DNA of 64,000 nucleotides from an uncultured Chthonomonadaceae bacterium. Lineage in GTDB: Bacteria > Armatimonadota > Chthonomonadetes > Chthonomonadales > Chthonomonadaceae. Both the position numbers and the translations under genes were made by a program. This document shows, in pieces, positions 1 through 10,030 of this stretch. The stretch spans positions 1,344,001-1,408,000 of the forward strand of contig CAWFQB010000001.1 of NCBI GenBank assembly GCA_963817895.1, given 5' to 3'. Under the pieces are notes generated by a model. It was not told where the DNA came from and made no database searches. It saw nothing but the letters and a program-made list of their open reading frames with translations. Position 1 is the stretch's first letter. Every line of letters begins with the position of its first letter.

Positions 1-1350
1 GTTCACGCCCAACGCCCGCAGCAGGGTGCTTTTGCCTGACATATTGGAACCGCTGAGTACGTACAAGCGCTGTTCGGGCGAAAAGGCGAGGTCATTGCGC
101 ACGGTAGACGCGGAGGGCAGGAGCGGATGCGCCAGTCCCCGCGCCTGTAAACAGAGTTCGTTTGCTGCAATCTCAGGAAACACATCATCGGGGTGTTCAT
201 ACGCATACGCGGACAGGGCGCACAGGGCTTCCACTTCGCCGGTCACGCGCAGCCAGTCGGCAAGATGAACGCCATTGATGCGCCGCCAATCGGCAATCGC
301 GAACGCGCAAAACGGCGTCAGTTGGACGATTTTGTCCAGCAGGCCGAGCAGGGGATTGTGTGGCACTTCCAGCAGTTCTATCCAGCGCTGTAGCTGCTCG
401 ATGCGGGCGGACGGCGGCGTTGTTTCCACATTCAATAGCCCGCGCAGGTGCAGCAGGCGCGGCGACGAAACGGGTTCCGCTTCGATACGCGCCAGCAGCA
501 GGCCGAGCATTGCCAGTTCGCGCCCCGGCGTTTCCACCGTACCCACCGCTTCCCGAATCCGCGCTTTCAAACGCAAAACAACTGCCTGTTCCACAACCAC
601 CACAACCACGAACGGTGTCCAGTTGCCCTGTATCAGCGCGAAAATCCCCGCCGCAATCGCGCCCGTTACCAGCAGCGCCAGCAGTCCGCGTTCCCAACCG
701 GCAAACTGTACGGGCGGTTCCTCGCTCCACGCGGCCAGTTCTGTGGGCTTCAGCGCGGTTCGTGTTTGTTCGCCCAACACCGCCAGTTCCTCTCGAAAAT
801 CCAGCCGCGTTTTGAGTTCTTCTACGGACTGCTGCCGTTCGCGAATCGCGTCCGGCATACCCGGCGCTTGCAGCCAGTCGGCAAGGCAATTTTCGCCCAT
901 GCGGGTGCGCGCGGTACACAGCAGTTCAAACAGGGACGCCCGCCCGAAAATGTCCAGATCGGCGGCATACGGATGTTCGGCTTTGAGATAGCGCGAACCC
1001 GCGTTGCCCGTCCCCTGCCACAGATTATCCAGATGCCTCAACCCCTGCTGATAAAACGCGATGGCGCGTTCCATGCGTTTGCGGGCTTGAATCACGCGGT
1101 CATGGCGACTTGCAAGCGCTAAGAATCCGATAATAGGAAGGTTGAGCAGTCCGGGGGAGAAAAGATGGTCGTGGAACGCGAGCCACGCCGTTACGAGTCC
1201 GAGCGCGAAAACGGCCAATCGCCCGTTGCCGAAAGCGCGGTCCCGCTTTGCCAGCAGAGCGGCCTCACTCTCACGGGCGGCAAGCCGCCGCGCGTACTCT
1301 TCGCGGGGCGCGTTCACGTTTGTTGCAGTTTCAACAGTTTGGGTATTCAC
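1..1350 (-). CDS. Membrane-anchored MutS-related ATPase (MutS domain V), runs off the left edge
   Basis: Manual translation from GTG at 1350: N-terminal TM segments, then VLSGSNMSGKSTLLRALGVN (MutS-type Walker A) at the window edge. Confidence 0.85.
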   Translation of the reverse strand, partial: MNTQTVETATNVNAPREEYARRLAARESEAALLAKRDRAFGNGRLAVFALGLVTAWLAFHDHLFSPGLLNLPIIGFLALASRHDRVIQARKRMERAIAFYQQGLRHLDNLWQGTGNAGSRYLKAEHPYAADLDIFGRASLFELLCTARTRMGENCLADWLQAPGMPDAIRERQQSVEELKTRLDFREELAVLGEQTRTALKPTELAAWSEEPPVQFAGWERGLLALLVTGAIAAGIFALIQGNWTPFVVVVVVEQAVVLRLKARIREAVGTVETPGRELAMLGLLLARIEAEPVSSPRLLHLRGLLNVETTPPSARIEQLQRWIELLEVPHNPLLGLLDKIVQLTPFCAFAIADWRRINGVHLADWLRVTGEVEALCALSAYAYEHPDDVFPEIAANELCLQARGLAHPLLPSASTVRNDLAFSPEQRLYVLSGSNMSGKSTLLRALGVN

Positions 1351-1491
1351 GCCCCAAAGTATACACAAAGCAGAGCCTATTGTATACAAACTCTGCACAA
1401 ACTTTTACAGACAGGGCCGCTCTCGGCTGTCTTTCCCCTACTCTTCACCCTGCTTTTCCGATGCGGTATAATAAATCAGGGAGAAACACAA

Positions 1492-1743
1492 ATGGCGGCA
1501 GGATCAATCTTTGAAGAACGGTTTGCGGCGCTTGAGGCGGAAGTGGCGCGGCTTCGCATAAAATTGGAAGAGCCACGCTCCCGTGTTTCGGAGCGAACAA
1601 GCCCGGACTTTCTGGACACCATGATTGGGATACACGCAGACAGTCCGGCTTTTGAGGAAGTGACCCGCCAACTACAAGCAGAGCGCGAGCGCGAGCGAGC
1701 GGAGGCCCGGCGTCTGTTGGCAGCAGAGGAGGCGGGCGCGTGA
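1492..1743 (+). CDS. Small putative antitoxin (VapB-like)
   Basis: 83 aa, GGGAG RBS, TATAAT upstream; stop overlaps the start of a PIN-like fragment (GTGA). Confidence 0.6.
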   Translation: MAAGSIFEERFAALEAEVARLRIKLEEPRSRVSERTSPDFLDTMIGIHADSPAFEEVTRQLQAERERERAEARRLLAAEEAGA

Positions 1744-1886
1744 TTTATTTGCTGGACACCGACCACAATTCGCTCCTACAGCGTGGCGGCGAAGGATCGG
1801 GTGTTTTAGTCTTTGACTGCACTCAAATAGGTTATTCCCTTTTGGCGAGAGGCAGGGGAAGTTTTTCGCCTTTTTTACGCTCTTGA
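1740..1886 (+). pseudogene. Truncated PIN/VapC toxin (N-terminus only)
   Basis: Reads MIYLLDTDHNSLLQRGG, a typical VapC start, then loses similarity and stops after about 48 codons. Confidence 0.6.
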
Positions 1887-2104
1887 CGTTCGCGCAGTTC
1901 TTCCGTTTGCGCGCCAAAATGTCAACTGTTCTTCGTGGGACATCGTTTCGAGGCGTTCCTGTATCTCCACTTGTATCTGCTCTACCATTTCCACACAATC
2001 AAAGGGTTTCGTCGTCATCTTTTGCGACCTCCAGAAGCAAGTAAACGCCCTGAATTGGCGCTGATCCGGGGCAATGTGGCGCGGGTTGAGAAACGAATGA
2101 CGGC

Positions 2105-2879
2105 CTATTTGCGGCGGCGCAACGCGGCAAAACCTGCAAGTCCCGCCGCGCCGAACAAAATGGACAGCGAAGGTTCGGGGGTCATGGAAGCCGCAGGCGT
2201 TACGCAGGTTGTAACAGTGTTCGAGGCCAGCGTCACCGCGCCGTTTCGCGCCAGTAGGCTGCCGTCGTTAATGATAGCGCCCGTATTCGCGGTGATACTT
2301 GTCAGCGCGAGGATATGTCCATCAAACACCGTACCCACATCCAGCGTCGCCGAACTTCCTACCTGCCAGAACACGTTGCAGTCGTCGCTGCTGTTGACCA
2401 CGAGGACGGTAGCATTGGGGGCGGTAATAAGTGTGCTGCCGATCTGAAAGACAAAGCGGGCGTTGGGGTCGCCCAGCGTGTCGAGGGTCAGCGTTCCCGT
2501 AAGGAAAGCTGAGGTATCGAAATGGTAAACGCCCGCTAACAGCGTCTTTCCTCCCAGATTTTGCCCGGTCAAATTTTGGCTGAACGCCTCGTGTGCCAGC
2601 ACATTGTAGGCCGTGATTACGTCGGACTGCGCCTGCATTGCGACGCTATCCCCCGCATGAGTTGCGCCGTTCATCACGAGTTCCGGGTGGGAAACCTGTA
2701 ATCGCGCTGCCCGGCGAAACGCCCAGATCGCCGGATAGAACCGTCGGTCCGGTGTTCGTGACCATAGCCCCGGCCAGAACCGCGAAACTATCCGCTGTGC
2801 CGAGAAATTGAGCGTTGGCGCGCGTATGCAGGCCAATGGAAATTAAAGCGGTCAGCGTGACCATCAATTTGTGTTTCAT
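2105..2879 (-). CDS. DUF3494 ice-binding-like protein with PEP-CTERM anchor; frameshift near 2681
   Basis: Signal peptide, [31 protein letters not shown] in one frame; [31 protein letters not shown] and TPEPS-TM-RRRK in the next. Confidence 0.85.
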
Positions 2880-3070
2880 CCTACGTTCCTTTTATAGCAA
2901 TTCCACAAGGCATGTTTTCCTGTTCGCTTCTTTTGACCATGGAGGCCGACAACATGGTATCAGCCTTCGATGGCGCGGCGAAACGCATTTATCTCCGTTG
3001 ATTGAATAGAACATACCTCATTTTGTATAAAATAGCGTGTAGATTCTTTGTGAAGGGAGATGCAGATAAA

Positions 3071-3102
3071 AACCCGGTATGCTCGCTTGAGCATACCGGG
3101 TT
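3071..3102. terminator. Hairpin downstream of the hydrolase gene, probable terminator
   Basis: AACCCGGTATGCTC-gctt-GAGCATACCGGGTT perfect stem. Confidence 0.6.
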
Positions 3103-3167
3103 AAACTTTGTGGCGTTAAAATCAAGCGTCCGTACTTTTGCATTTCCCAAATACCGAACGCCCTCCC

Positions 3168-5460
3168 TTAAAATTTCGTTGTAAAGCGCAATACGTTGCT
3201 GCTGACGGCAACGATGTTTTCCGGGTCGCGGAAGGCTTCTGACGTGACGCTTACCTGATAGGTTGTGTTGGGCTGCAAGTTGGAAAGGCGAAAGCGATGG
3301 TCGCGGGTCACGCGCGGCCCTATCGGTTCCGGGGCGCAATCCACTTCCACATCCGCGTAAGCGCCGTGATTGACCTGCTCCCAATGTGTTACTCCGACAA
3401 ACCCGTTGAGTTCCGCCGCTGTATGCCAGGACACAATGGCGCTGTTTCGCGTCGTCTGCTCCACGCGCAGGATCTGGATTTCACGCAGGGCATCCGGGGC
3501 GATGCGTCCCAACAATCCGATCTGCGGGTACAGCTGGTTTTGCGGGAAAGGGGCCATTGCGCCGGATGGAAATGTCCAGACGCGACAGATGGGATCGGCA
3601 TCATTACCGGATTGCGGCGAACCGAACACGTAGTCCGGTATGGGGCTGTTTTGTGGCAGGGTGGCGTCAGGAAAAGGCGCGAGTTCGCGGGACGTAATCG
3701 CGCGTCCCCACCGGACATTCAGGGCGCGTCCTGACGGCAGCCAGGCGCGATTGTTGAGCGCGCAGGCCACGTATTCCAGGGCGCGTGGATGAAACAAAAT
3801 GCTGTCATGGTTGGCGGACACGATGCGCGACAGGTGAAAATGGTCGAAATTATCGCCAATCACCGCGCTCCACAGGGGAACAAGGCCGTCGGAATAGTTA
3901 TGCTCCGAGTTGACATGGCGCTCCAGCGCCAGATAGGGAAACCACGAGGGAGTTTGCGCCTGCCGCACCACCGCGTAGGGGTCCAGTCGCGCGGCGGAAG
4001 CCGGAATTCGGAAGAAAGCGCTGTCGTCGCCCGCCACGCTGCCGTAAGCGACCGTTTCCACAAACGGTTGCGTCTCATGGTTCTGCTGAAAACGGTTCAG
4101 AGCCGTGAGCCAGGGGCTGTTCACGGCCATCACTTCTATCGCGGGTACGCGCGTGGGTACTATGGTTCCCAGACCGGAGTTTAAAACCTCGCCAATTCTG
4201 TGTCCAAAAAACGGCGCATTGGCAAGGCGAACCGGGTTCTGCCCCATTTCGTCAGAAGGAGCATGAATCTCGTTGGCGTAATTGCAAAACGGCACACCCC
4301 GCCACATGCTGGCAACCGTGATCAGTTTGCGTACCGGAGGGGCGGCAAAGGATAAAGGATGAAGGATGAAGGATGAATCCGTTGTAGATTGACTCTCCCC
4401 TTCTCGTATCTCGTATCTCGTATCTCCTATCTCCTCTTTTCCCTTTTCCCTTCCTTTTCTCTCCTCTTCCGCGTACCACGCCGCATCGAAACGATACAGG
4501 GGCTTCGCGGCTCCGGTGTTGGCGGCGCGGACGTACCAGTGAACACTGTCCCGCGCCTGGGGGTCGGCATAAAACTGGCGCAAATACCAGCGGGCAATCA
4601 GGCCGCCGTAGCTGTAACCGAGCAGGTCTACGCGGCGGATGGCAAGATGTTGTACTCGGCGCGTGTCTTGCAGGATTTGCGCCACGCTTTCGGCGACGCG
4701 CTCGGCCCCCTCTTCCACCGGGCCATTACCGTAAAATTCAAGGGCAGGGTCGGCAAGCGGATTGCGATAGTTGAAGTCCTTTTTGCCGTGATTGACGCTT
4801 GTTACCGAAATACCCAACTCCTGCAATTGACGGATAAGCCTGTCCTTCGCATTCCAGGATGGCGAGTTGGGATTGCTGTTAGTGCCATGCACGGCAACCA
4901 GGGGCGGGCGAGCCAGAATAATCGTCTGCCGCGACAATGGCGGCATCGCCGCTTGCCTGCGCGCGGCGAACCGTGAGCAAAACGCCGCGTTGCGATACGC
5001 GCTGCACGTCGCGCAGCCGTTCCGGTTCGGGGTTGAAGTTGAACTCGTCCGGCGGCGTGTAGATCAGGCGATTACTCTCCTGCCGAACGGTTCCCACATT
5101 AGCCTCAATTGGCGGCTTTCCCTTTGTGGGATGGACGCTATGCAGGGATTTGTGGCTGTTTTCATCGTCCGTGTTTGTCAGCGTCCAGGTCAGGGGAACA
5201 TCGCGCAGGGAGTCGGGAAGCGGCAAAAACAGTTGGTTGCGCATTGCTTCCGGCATGTCACGCAGATTGTCGCAAACGATGCCGACGACGGGAACGCCGC
5301 CCGTATCCGTCATGGGCAGTGTCGGCGCGTTTGCCGCCGTCTGCAAATGTCCGGCGGCGCGGCACCACAGGGGATGCCACGCAAGCGGGAAAATAGAGAT
5401 TAGCAGGCAGGCGCACGTAACCACTGCCGAACGGCGGACAATCAAAACGGCCTCCAACAC
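3168..5460 (-). CDS. Secreted alpha/beta hydrolase (lipase/PGAP1-like) with C-terminal FN3-like domain; probable frameshift near 4950-4975
   Basis: PPLVAVHG, GYSYGG nucleophile elbow, SDGLVP, H; C-terminal LSNLQPNTTYQVSV; upstream overlapping ORF 4879-5460 supplies a signal peptide. Confidence 0.7.
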
Positions 5461-5535
5461 GAATCAGAATACTCCTGATACGCCTGAAAGCCGCTGTTTG
5501 TTGTGCCGTCGCCTTTGTAAGCCTTACAAATAGTC

Positions 5536-6795
5536 TTATGCGGGCGTATGCCTTTGCGCTCCCCGTTTTTTCCGCCACCACGATACGCTGAATTTAATGG
5601 CAATGGCAAAAGCAGTCAGCGCACTCAGCAGAACGAAAACCAGAGTCAGCAGTATGCCTTCATTGCTGTTCATATAGACGCGAAAACGTTCAAATCGGGA
5701 TAATTCCAGCGAGGGCGGGGGCAATTCGCGGTACTCTCTCCAAAAGCCGGGGTCGGTATCCGGGTGACGTCCGGCTTGCAGGCGCGTCATCATGTACGCG
5801 GTACGACGCGCCTGCCATGCTTCCGCTTCCGCGCGCAGGCGCGGCCATTGTCGCCGCAAATTCCCAAGAATGGCCGGGTTGCTGATGCGGACGCTGTCCA
5901 ACTCCAGTTCTTGCACAAGGTTACTATTTTTCGACGAACCGGGAAGCAGGGAATAGCGTCCCTGCGCGATCAATTCCTGCGCGCGTTGGTTGGCGAGATA
6001 GCGGACGTTTTCTTTGCGACTGAGCACCCTGCTCAACGCCTCGAATACATCCACGCTTTCCCACGCATTGCCAAGCGCAATCAGGCCACACAACCCCTTG
6101 ACGACATTGGCTGCTTGCGGCGTGTCGTCCCACTCTCCCGTCACTCCCTGATTTAGAAATTCCGACAGGCGCACGGGTTTCTTGTTGTCCTTGCTCTTGC
6201 CGCCGTTTACCGCAGAGGGCGCGTTTTGCAGTATCCAGTCCATCACGCCCAACTGCACCCGCTCACGTCCGAAATGCGCGTCCGGGTTTATTTCCAATGC
6301 GCGGGCAATTTCATTCCGCGCCTGTATCAGTTCGCTCAGGCGACGGCTTTTCGGGTTCTGTGTCAGCCAGCGATGGACGCGAAACGTGCCGACATTGGCA
6401 TAATAGCGATACCACTGTTCGCGCCAGATTCCGGTGACGGGAATTTTCCCGTCGTGTAACTTCGCGAGTTGCGCCCGCTTGCCCGCCATCCACCGGAGCG
6501 CGTCCCCATCTCTGTGCAGGTGGTCACAGGCGACTCCGGCATCATCGTAATCTTCCAATTTAGCCGGATCATGCGCCAATTCCGCCGCAACCCGCTTCAA
6601 GCGCATCTCATAATATAGCGGCGGATTACGCTCAAAGCGCCCCGTGACAATCTGAACCACATCCGGCAGACCGCGCGCCTCCTGCTCCAGCGTATCGCTG
6701 TCCCATGCGCAGGCGCGGGACGGCGCAGGCATCAAGAGGAGCATCAAGGCGGCAAAGGCAGATATTGATTTTAGCGCGTCAAGATTCGCGGTCAT
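5536..6795 (-). CDS. Hypothetical exported helical protein with C-terminal TM anchor
   Basis: Signal-like N-terminus (ACAWDSDTL), TPR-like ALEINPDAHFGRE, C-terminal hydrophobic helix followed by basic residues. Confidence 0.7.
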   Translation of the reverse strand: MTANLDALKSISAFAALMLLLMPAPSRACAWDSDTLEQEARGLPDVVQIVTGRFERNPPLYYEMRLKRVAAELAHDPAKLEDYDDAGVACDHLHRDGDALRWMAGKRAQLAKLHDGKIPVTGIWREQWYRYYANVGTFRVHRWLTQNPKSRRLSELIQARNEIARALEINPDAHFGRERVQLGVMDWILQNAPSAVNGGKSKDNKKPVRLSEFLNQGVTGEWDDTPQAANVVKGLCGLIALGNAWESVDVFEALSRVLSRKENVRYLANQRAQELIAQGRYSLLPGSSKNSNLVQELELDSVRISNPAILGNLRRQWPRLRAEAEAWQARRTAYMMTRLQAGRHPDTDPGFWREYRELPPPSLELSRFERFRVYMNSNEGILLTLVFVLLSALTAFAIAIKFSVSWWRKKRGAQRHTPA

Positions 6796-8254
6796 AGCCA
6801 ATAAAATCCCCCGCATCCAGCTTCTCATCTTGATTTTCGATTGGCGATTTTCGATTTTCGATTGACGATTGCGCTTCTTCCGTCTCCTCTTCTCCCTGTC
6901 TCCCTGTCTCCTTGTCTTCCAAATCGGGGTCACGCGGAACCGCCACTTCCAGCTTGCCGATGCTGCGCAGGGGAATGGGCTGAAGCGGGAGCGGGTCGGG
7001 CAGGCCGGTTTCCCGTTCGCGCTTTGCGACATGCGCTTCCATTTGCGCCTGCAAGTGTTGAACCACGTCGGGATGTTCGGACGCGACGTTGTTGAATTCG
7101 CCCGGGTCGCGGCTTAGATTATACAGTTCGATGTCGGAATTGCCGTGCAGATCAGGCGTTTCGAGGGGGACGATTAACTTCCATGTGGCGGTGCGGACGC
7201 CGCGCTTTTTCATCCACGTATTTTCCGTAATGTGCAGCATGTCTGTTGTACCGCGCCGTGTGCCGGACGGCGAATTAATTAGCGGCAGCAGGCTGTTTCC
7301 CGTCATGCCCTCCCGACCGGCGATAGGACTCAAATCCAGCAGGTCGAGAATGGTGGGCGCAATGTCGGGCATCTGGCACAGGCCGCCGATGCGCGTATTG
7401 GGCGGCAACAGGTTGGGACAGCGCATCAGCAGGGGAATGTGAATGTTGGTGTCGTACAGGCCGTGATGGTCGAACCAGTGTCCATGTTCGTCCAGTTCCT
7501 CGCCATGATCGGCGGTGACGACAACAAGCGTATCGGACGCCAATCCCAACTCTTCCAGATGCGTCAGAACGTGCGCGAAGCAAGCGTCCATATACGCGAT
7601 ACACGCGTCGTACTGCGCTTTGGGGAATTCTATGTCGGTAACGCCGGGCATCCATTCGGCAAAGTAGTGGTTGAAGTTTGGGAACGCCCATACCGCTTCC
7701 ATGCTGTCGTTGCGCGGGTCTTTTTCATTGCCCGCGTAGAACATGCGGTCAAAGGGCGCGGGCGGCAGATAGGGCGTGTGCGGGTCCCAGAAGTGGAAGA
7801 ACAGGAAAAACGGCTGATCCTGCGCGGCGGCTTTGTTCAGGACGTTCAGGGCGGATTGGACAACCGCCTCACCCTTGCGCAAGGCGCGAGGCGCGCTCGC
7901 GTCCCACTGGTATTCCTCGTAATGACCTATGCCCCGCGCGAACCAACGGCCCAGATTGTCCGCCGCGCCCGTATAATACCCCTCGTCGCGCAGCAGTTCC
8001 GCCAGCATTTTGATACTCAGAGGGGGTTCCGGCGTTCCCGACTGACTGGTAATCTGGTGCGCGTACATATCCTTCCCGGTCATCATCGTTGTGTGACCGG
8101 GATACGTGGGAATATGCGGGCTGAAGAAGTCCGTAAACAACACGCCCTCTTCCGCCAGACGGTCGAGGTGCGGGCTTGTGCGCCGAAAATGCCCGTAGCA
8201 GGAGAGCCGGTCGGCGCGTGTCGTGTCAAGGCTGACGAGAATTACGTTGGTCAT
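6779..8254 (-). CDS. Sulfatase-like hydrolase (alkaline phosphatase superfamily)
   Basis: NVILVSLDTTRAD, TYPGH at the nucleophile motif, HFWDPHTPY, TADHGE, ELYNL..DPGE. Confidence 0.9.
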   Translation of the reverse strand: MTNVILVSLDTTRADRLSCYGHFRRTSPHLDRLAEEGVLFTDFFSPHIPTYPGHTTMMTGKDMYAHQITSQSGTPEPPLSIKMLAELLRDEGYYTGAADNLGRWFARGIGHYEEYQWDASAPRALRKGEAVVQSALNVLNKAAAQDQPFFLFFHFWDPHTPYLPPAPFDRMFYAGNEKDPRNDSMEAVWAFPNFNHYFAEWMPGVTDIEFPKAQYDACIAYMDACFAHVLTHLEELGLASDTLVVVTADHGEELDEHGHWFDHHGLYDTNIHIPLLMRCPNLLPPNTRIGGLCQMPDIAPTILDLLDLSPIAGREGMTGNSLLPLINSPSGTRRGTTDMLHITENTWMKKRGVRTATWKLIVPLETPDLHGNSDIELYNLSRDPGEFNNVASEHPDVVQHLQAQMEAHVAKRERETGLPDPLPLQPIPLRSIGKLEVAVPRDPDLEDKETGRQGEEETEEAQSSIENRKSPIENQDEKLDAGDFIGYDRES

Positions 8255-8291
8255 AGGTTGTTAGATTGTTAGAATTACGAAGTGAACGGCG

Positions 8292-8693
8292 TCAATCCAG
8301 AAACGCTTTCAGCGTTTCCAGTAAGGCGATTTCGTCTTTTAACTGGCACTCCCACACAACATGAACCCGCCAGCCCGCCTGCTCTAACGCGGCTATGTTG
8401 CGGGCGTCTCGTTCCCGGTTGCCGTCAATTTTCGGCGTCCAGTATTGCGTGTTGGATGTCGGGCGTATTTTGGGACGGCAGTCGTGGCCGTGCCAGAAAC
8501 AGCCGTGTATGAAAACGACTTTGCGCCTCCCCTGAAAAACCAAATCCGGTTTTCCGGGCAGGTCTTTTCTGTGCAGACGATACCGGTAGCCGTGATGATA
8601 CAACAGGCGGCGAACGCGTATCTCCGGGCCGGTGTTTTTTGACCGGACGGCGCGCATCGTTTTACTCCGTATCGCAGGGCTAATTTTATCCAT
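8292..8693 (-). CDS. vsr: Very short patch repair endonuclease
   Basis: RSKNTGPE, LPGKPD, FIHGCFWHGH, VWEC motifs. Confidence 0.95.
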   Translation of the reverse strand: MDKISPAIRSKTMRAVRSKNTGPEIRVRRLLYHHGYRYRLHRKDLPGKPDLVFQGRRKVVFIHGCFWHGHDCRPKIRPTSNTQYWTPKIDGNRERDARNIAALEQAGWRVHVVWECQLKDEIALLETLKAFLD

Positions 8694-9868
8694 CAGATAG
8701 CAGCACAGGCGTAAGAAGCGCGAAAGGCTTCCGCAAACCGGCGCGAAGGCGTATTGTTTTCAAGAGCCTCCCGAATGGCAAGGGCGATGGCGCGGGCAAC
8801 CGGCGGCGGCACGGAATTCGCCACTTGACGGTGCTGATCGAGAAATCGCGCTGTGCCGGAACGACCTCTGATTGGCCCTTTGAGCAAATAGTCATCCGGG
8901 TAGCCGTGTAATCTCATGTATTCGCGCGGCGTAAGGTAGCGGTCTTCAGTGGGGTGAAAGAAAATCTCGCCGCAACGCAGCGTGTTAGAGGGTTCATTGC
9001 GATGCAGGCGGCGGAACTTCGTCGTATCCTTCTTTGTCAGGTTACCGCGTTGATCGGCAGGCAAATGCAGTTCTTTTGCCAGATGCGAACCCTCCGGCAC
9101 GCCATGTATGCGGCGGCGATCTCCAACCGGAGTCACGTCTACATGACTATCGACAGGCTGGTAGCCCCCATTCGGCATGGGCGGTTCCAGATCAGAAATC
9201 ACCTCGCCCGCAGTCACACAGGGCGGGAGGGGAAATAGCGTCCCGGCCTCTTCTTTCAGGTCGGCATGTGTCGGCGCGGGGAAATAGAATTCCGTTCCTT
9301 CCCGGGTGGCGCAAATGAACACTCTCGCGCGCTTCTGCGCCACGCCGTATTCATTTGCTTTGATGATCCGCATTTTGCAGGAGTAGCCGAGTTCTTGCAA
9401 CTGGTCTTTCAGCATCTGGAAGACGCCGCCGATTTTACCCTTGCCATCCGGCGCGTTCAGCAAGCCCTTGACCTGTTCCATAAGAATCACTTTAGGCCGT
9501 AAGACATTAGCAAAACGCGCGAATTCAAACAGCAACATTCCCCGCGCGTCTTCCAGACACTCGCGCTTGCCGATTTGCGAGAACGATTGGCAGGGACTGC
9601 CGCCACAAAGCAAATCCAGTTCGCCCGGTTCGAGCAGCAGTTCCTTCATAAGCGCAACAGGATCAACATTGCGTATATCGTCCTCAATCACGCGGGTATT
9701 GCGGCGTTCGCGCGTGGCGGCATCGCGGAGGGTATCGCAGCAATGCGGGTCAATTTCGCAGCAGGCCAAAACATCGAAACCCGCCTGCCCAACCCCAACG
9801 TCCAGGCCACCCGCGCCGGAGAAAAGCGAGATTGCGGTAAAGACCCTGTCCAGTCCCGGTTGTGTCAA
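8693..9868 (-). CDS. dcm: DNA (cytosine-5)-methyltransferase
   Basis: LFSGAGG (I), GSPCQ (IV), MEQV (VI variant), QKRARVF (VIII), RYLTPRE (IX), QVANSVPP (X). Confidence 0.95.
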   Translation of the reverse strand: MTQPGLDRVFTAISLFSGAGGLDVGVGQAGFDVLACCEIDPHCCDTLRDAATRERRNTRVIEDDIRNVDPVALMKELLLEPGELDLLCGGSPCQSFSQIGKRECLEDARGMLLFEFARFANVLRPKVILMEQVKGLLNAPDGKGKIGGVFQMLKDQLQELGYSCKMRIIKANEYGVAQKRARVFICATREGTEFYFPAPTHADLKEEAGTLFPLPPCVTAGEVISDLEPPMPNGGYQPVDSHVDVTPVGDRRRIHGVPEGSHLAKELHLPADQRGNLTKKDTTKFRRLHRNEPSNTLRCGEIFFHPTEDRYLTPREYMRLHGYPDDYLLKGPIRGRSGTARFLDQHRQVANSVPPPVARAIALAIREALENNTPSRRFAEAFRASYACAAI

Positions 9869-10030
9869 GGCCGTTCTCCCAAAGTATTTCGCGCTTCAAT
9901 GCTATCCGCGAACGACAGATGATTCGCCAAAACCTGTGTTATCTCCTGCTTCCTGTTACCGACAACAAAAGACACGCAAAATATGTTCCACCTGAAAACC
10001 TAACAACCTAACAACTAACAACCTTTTCAC

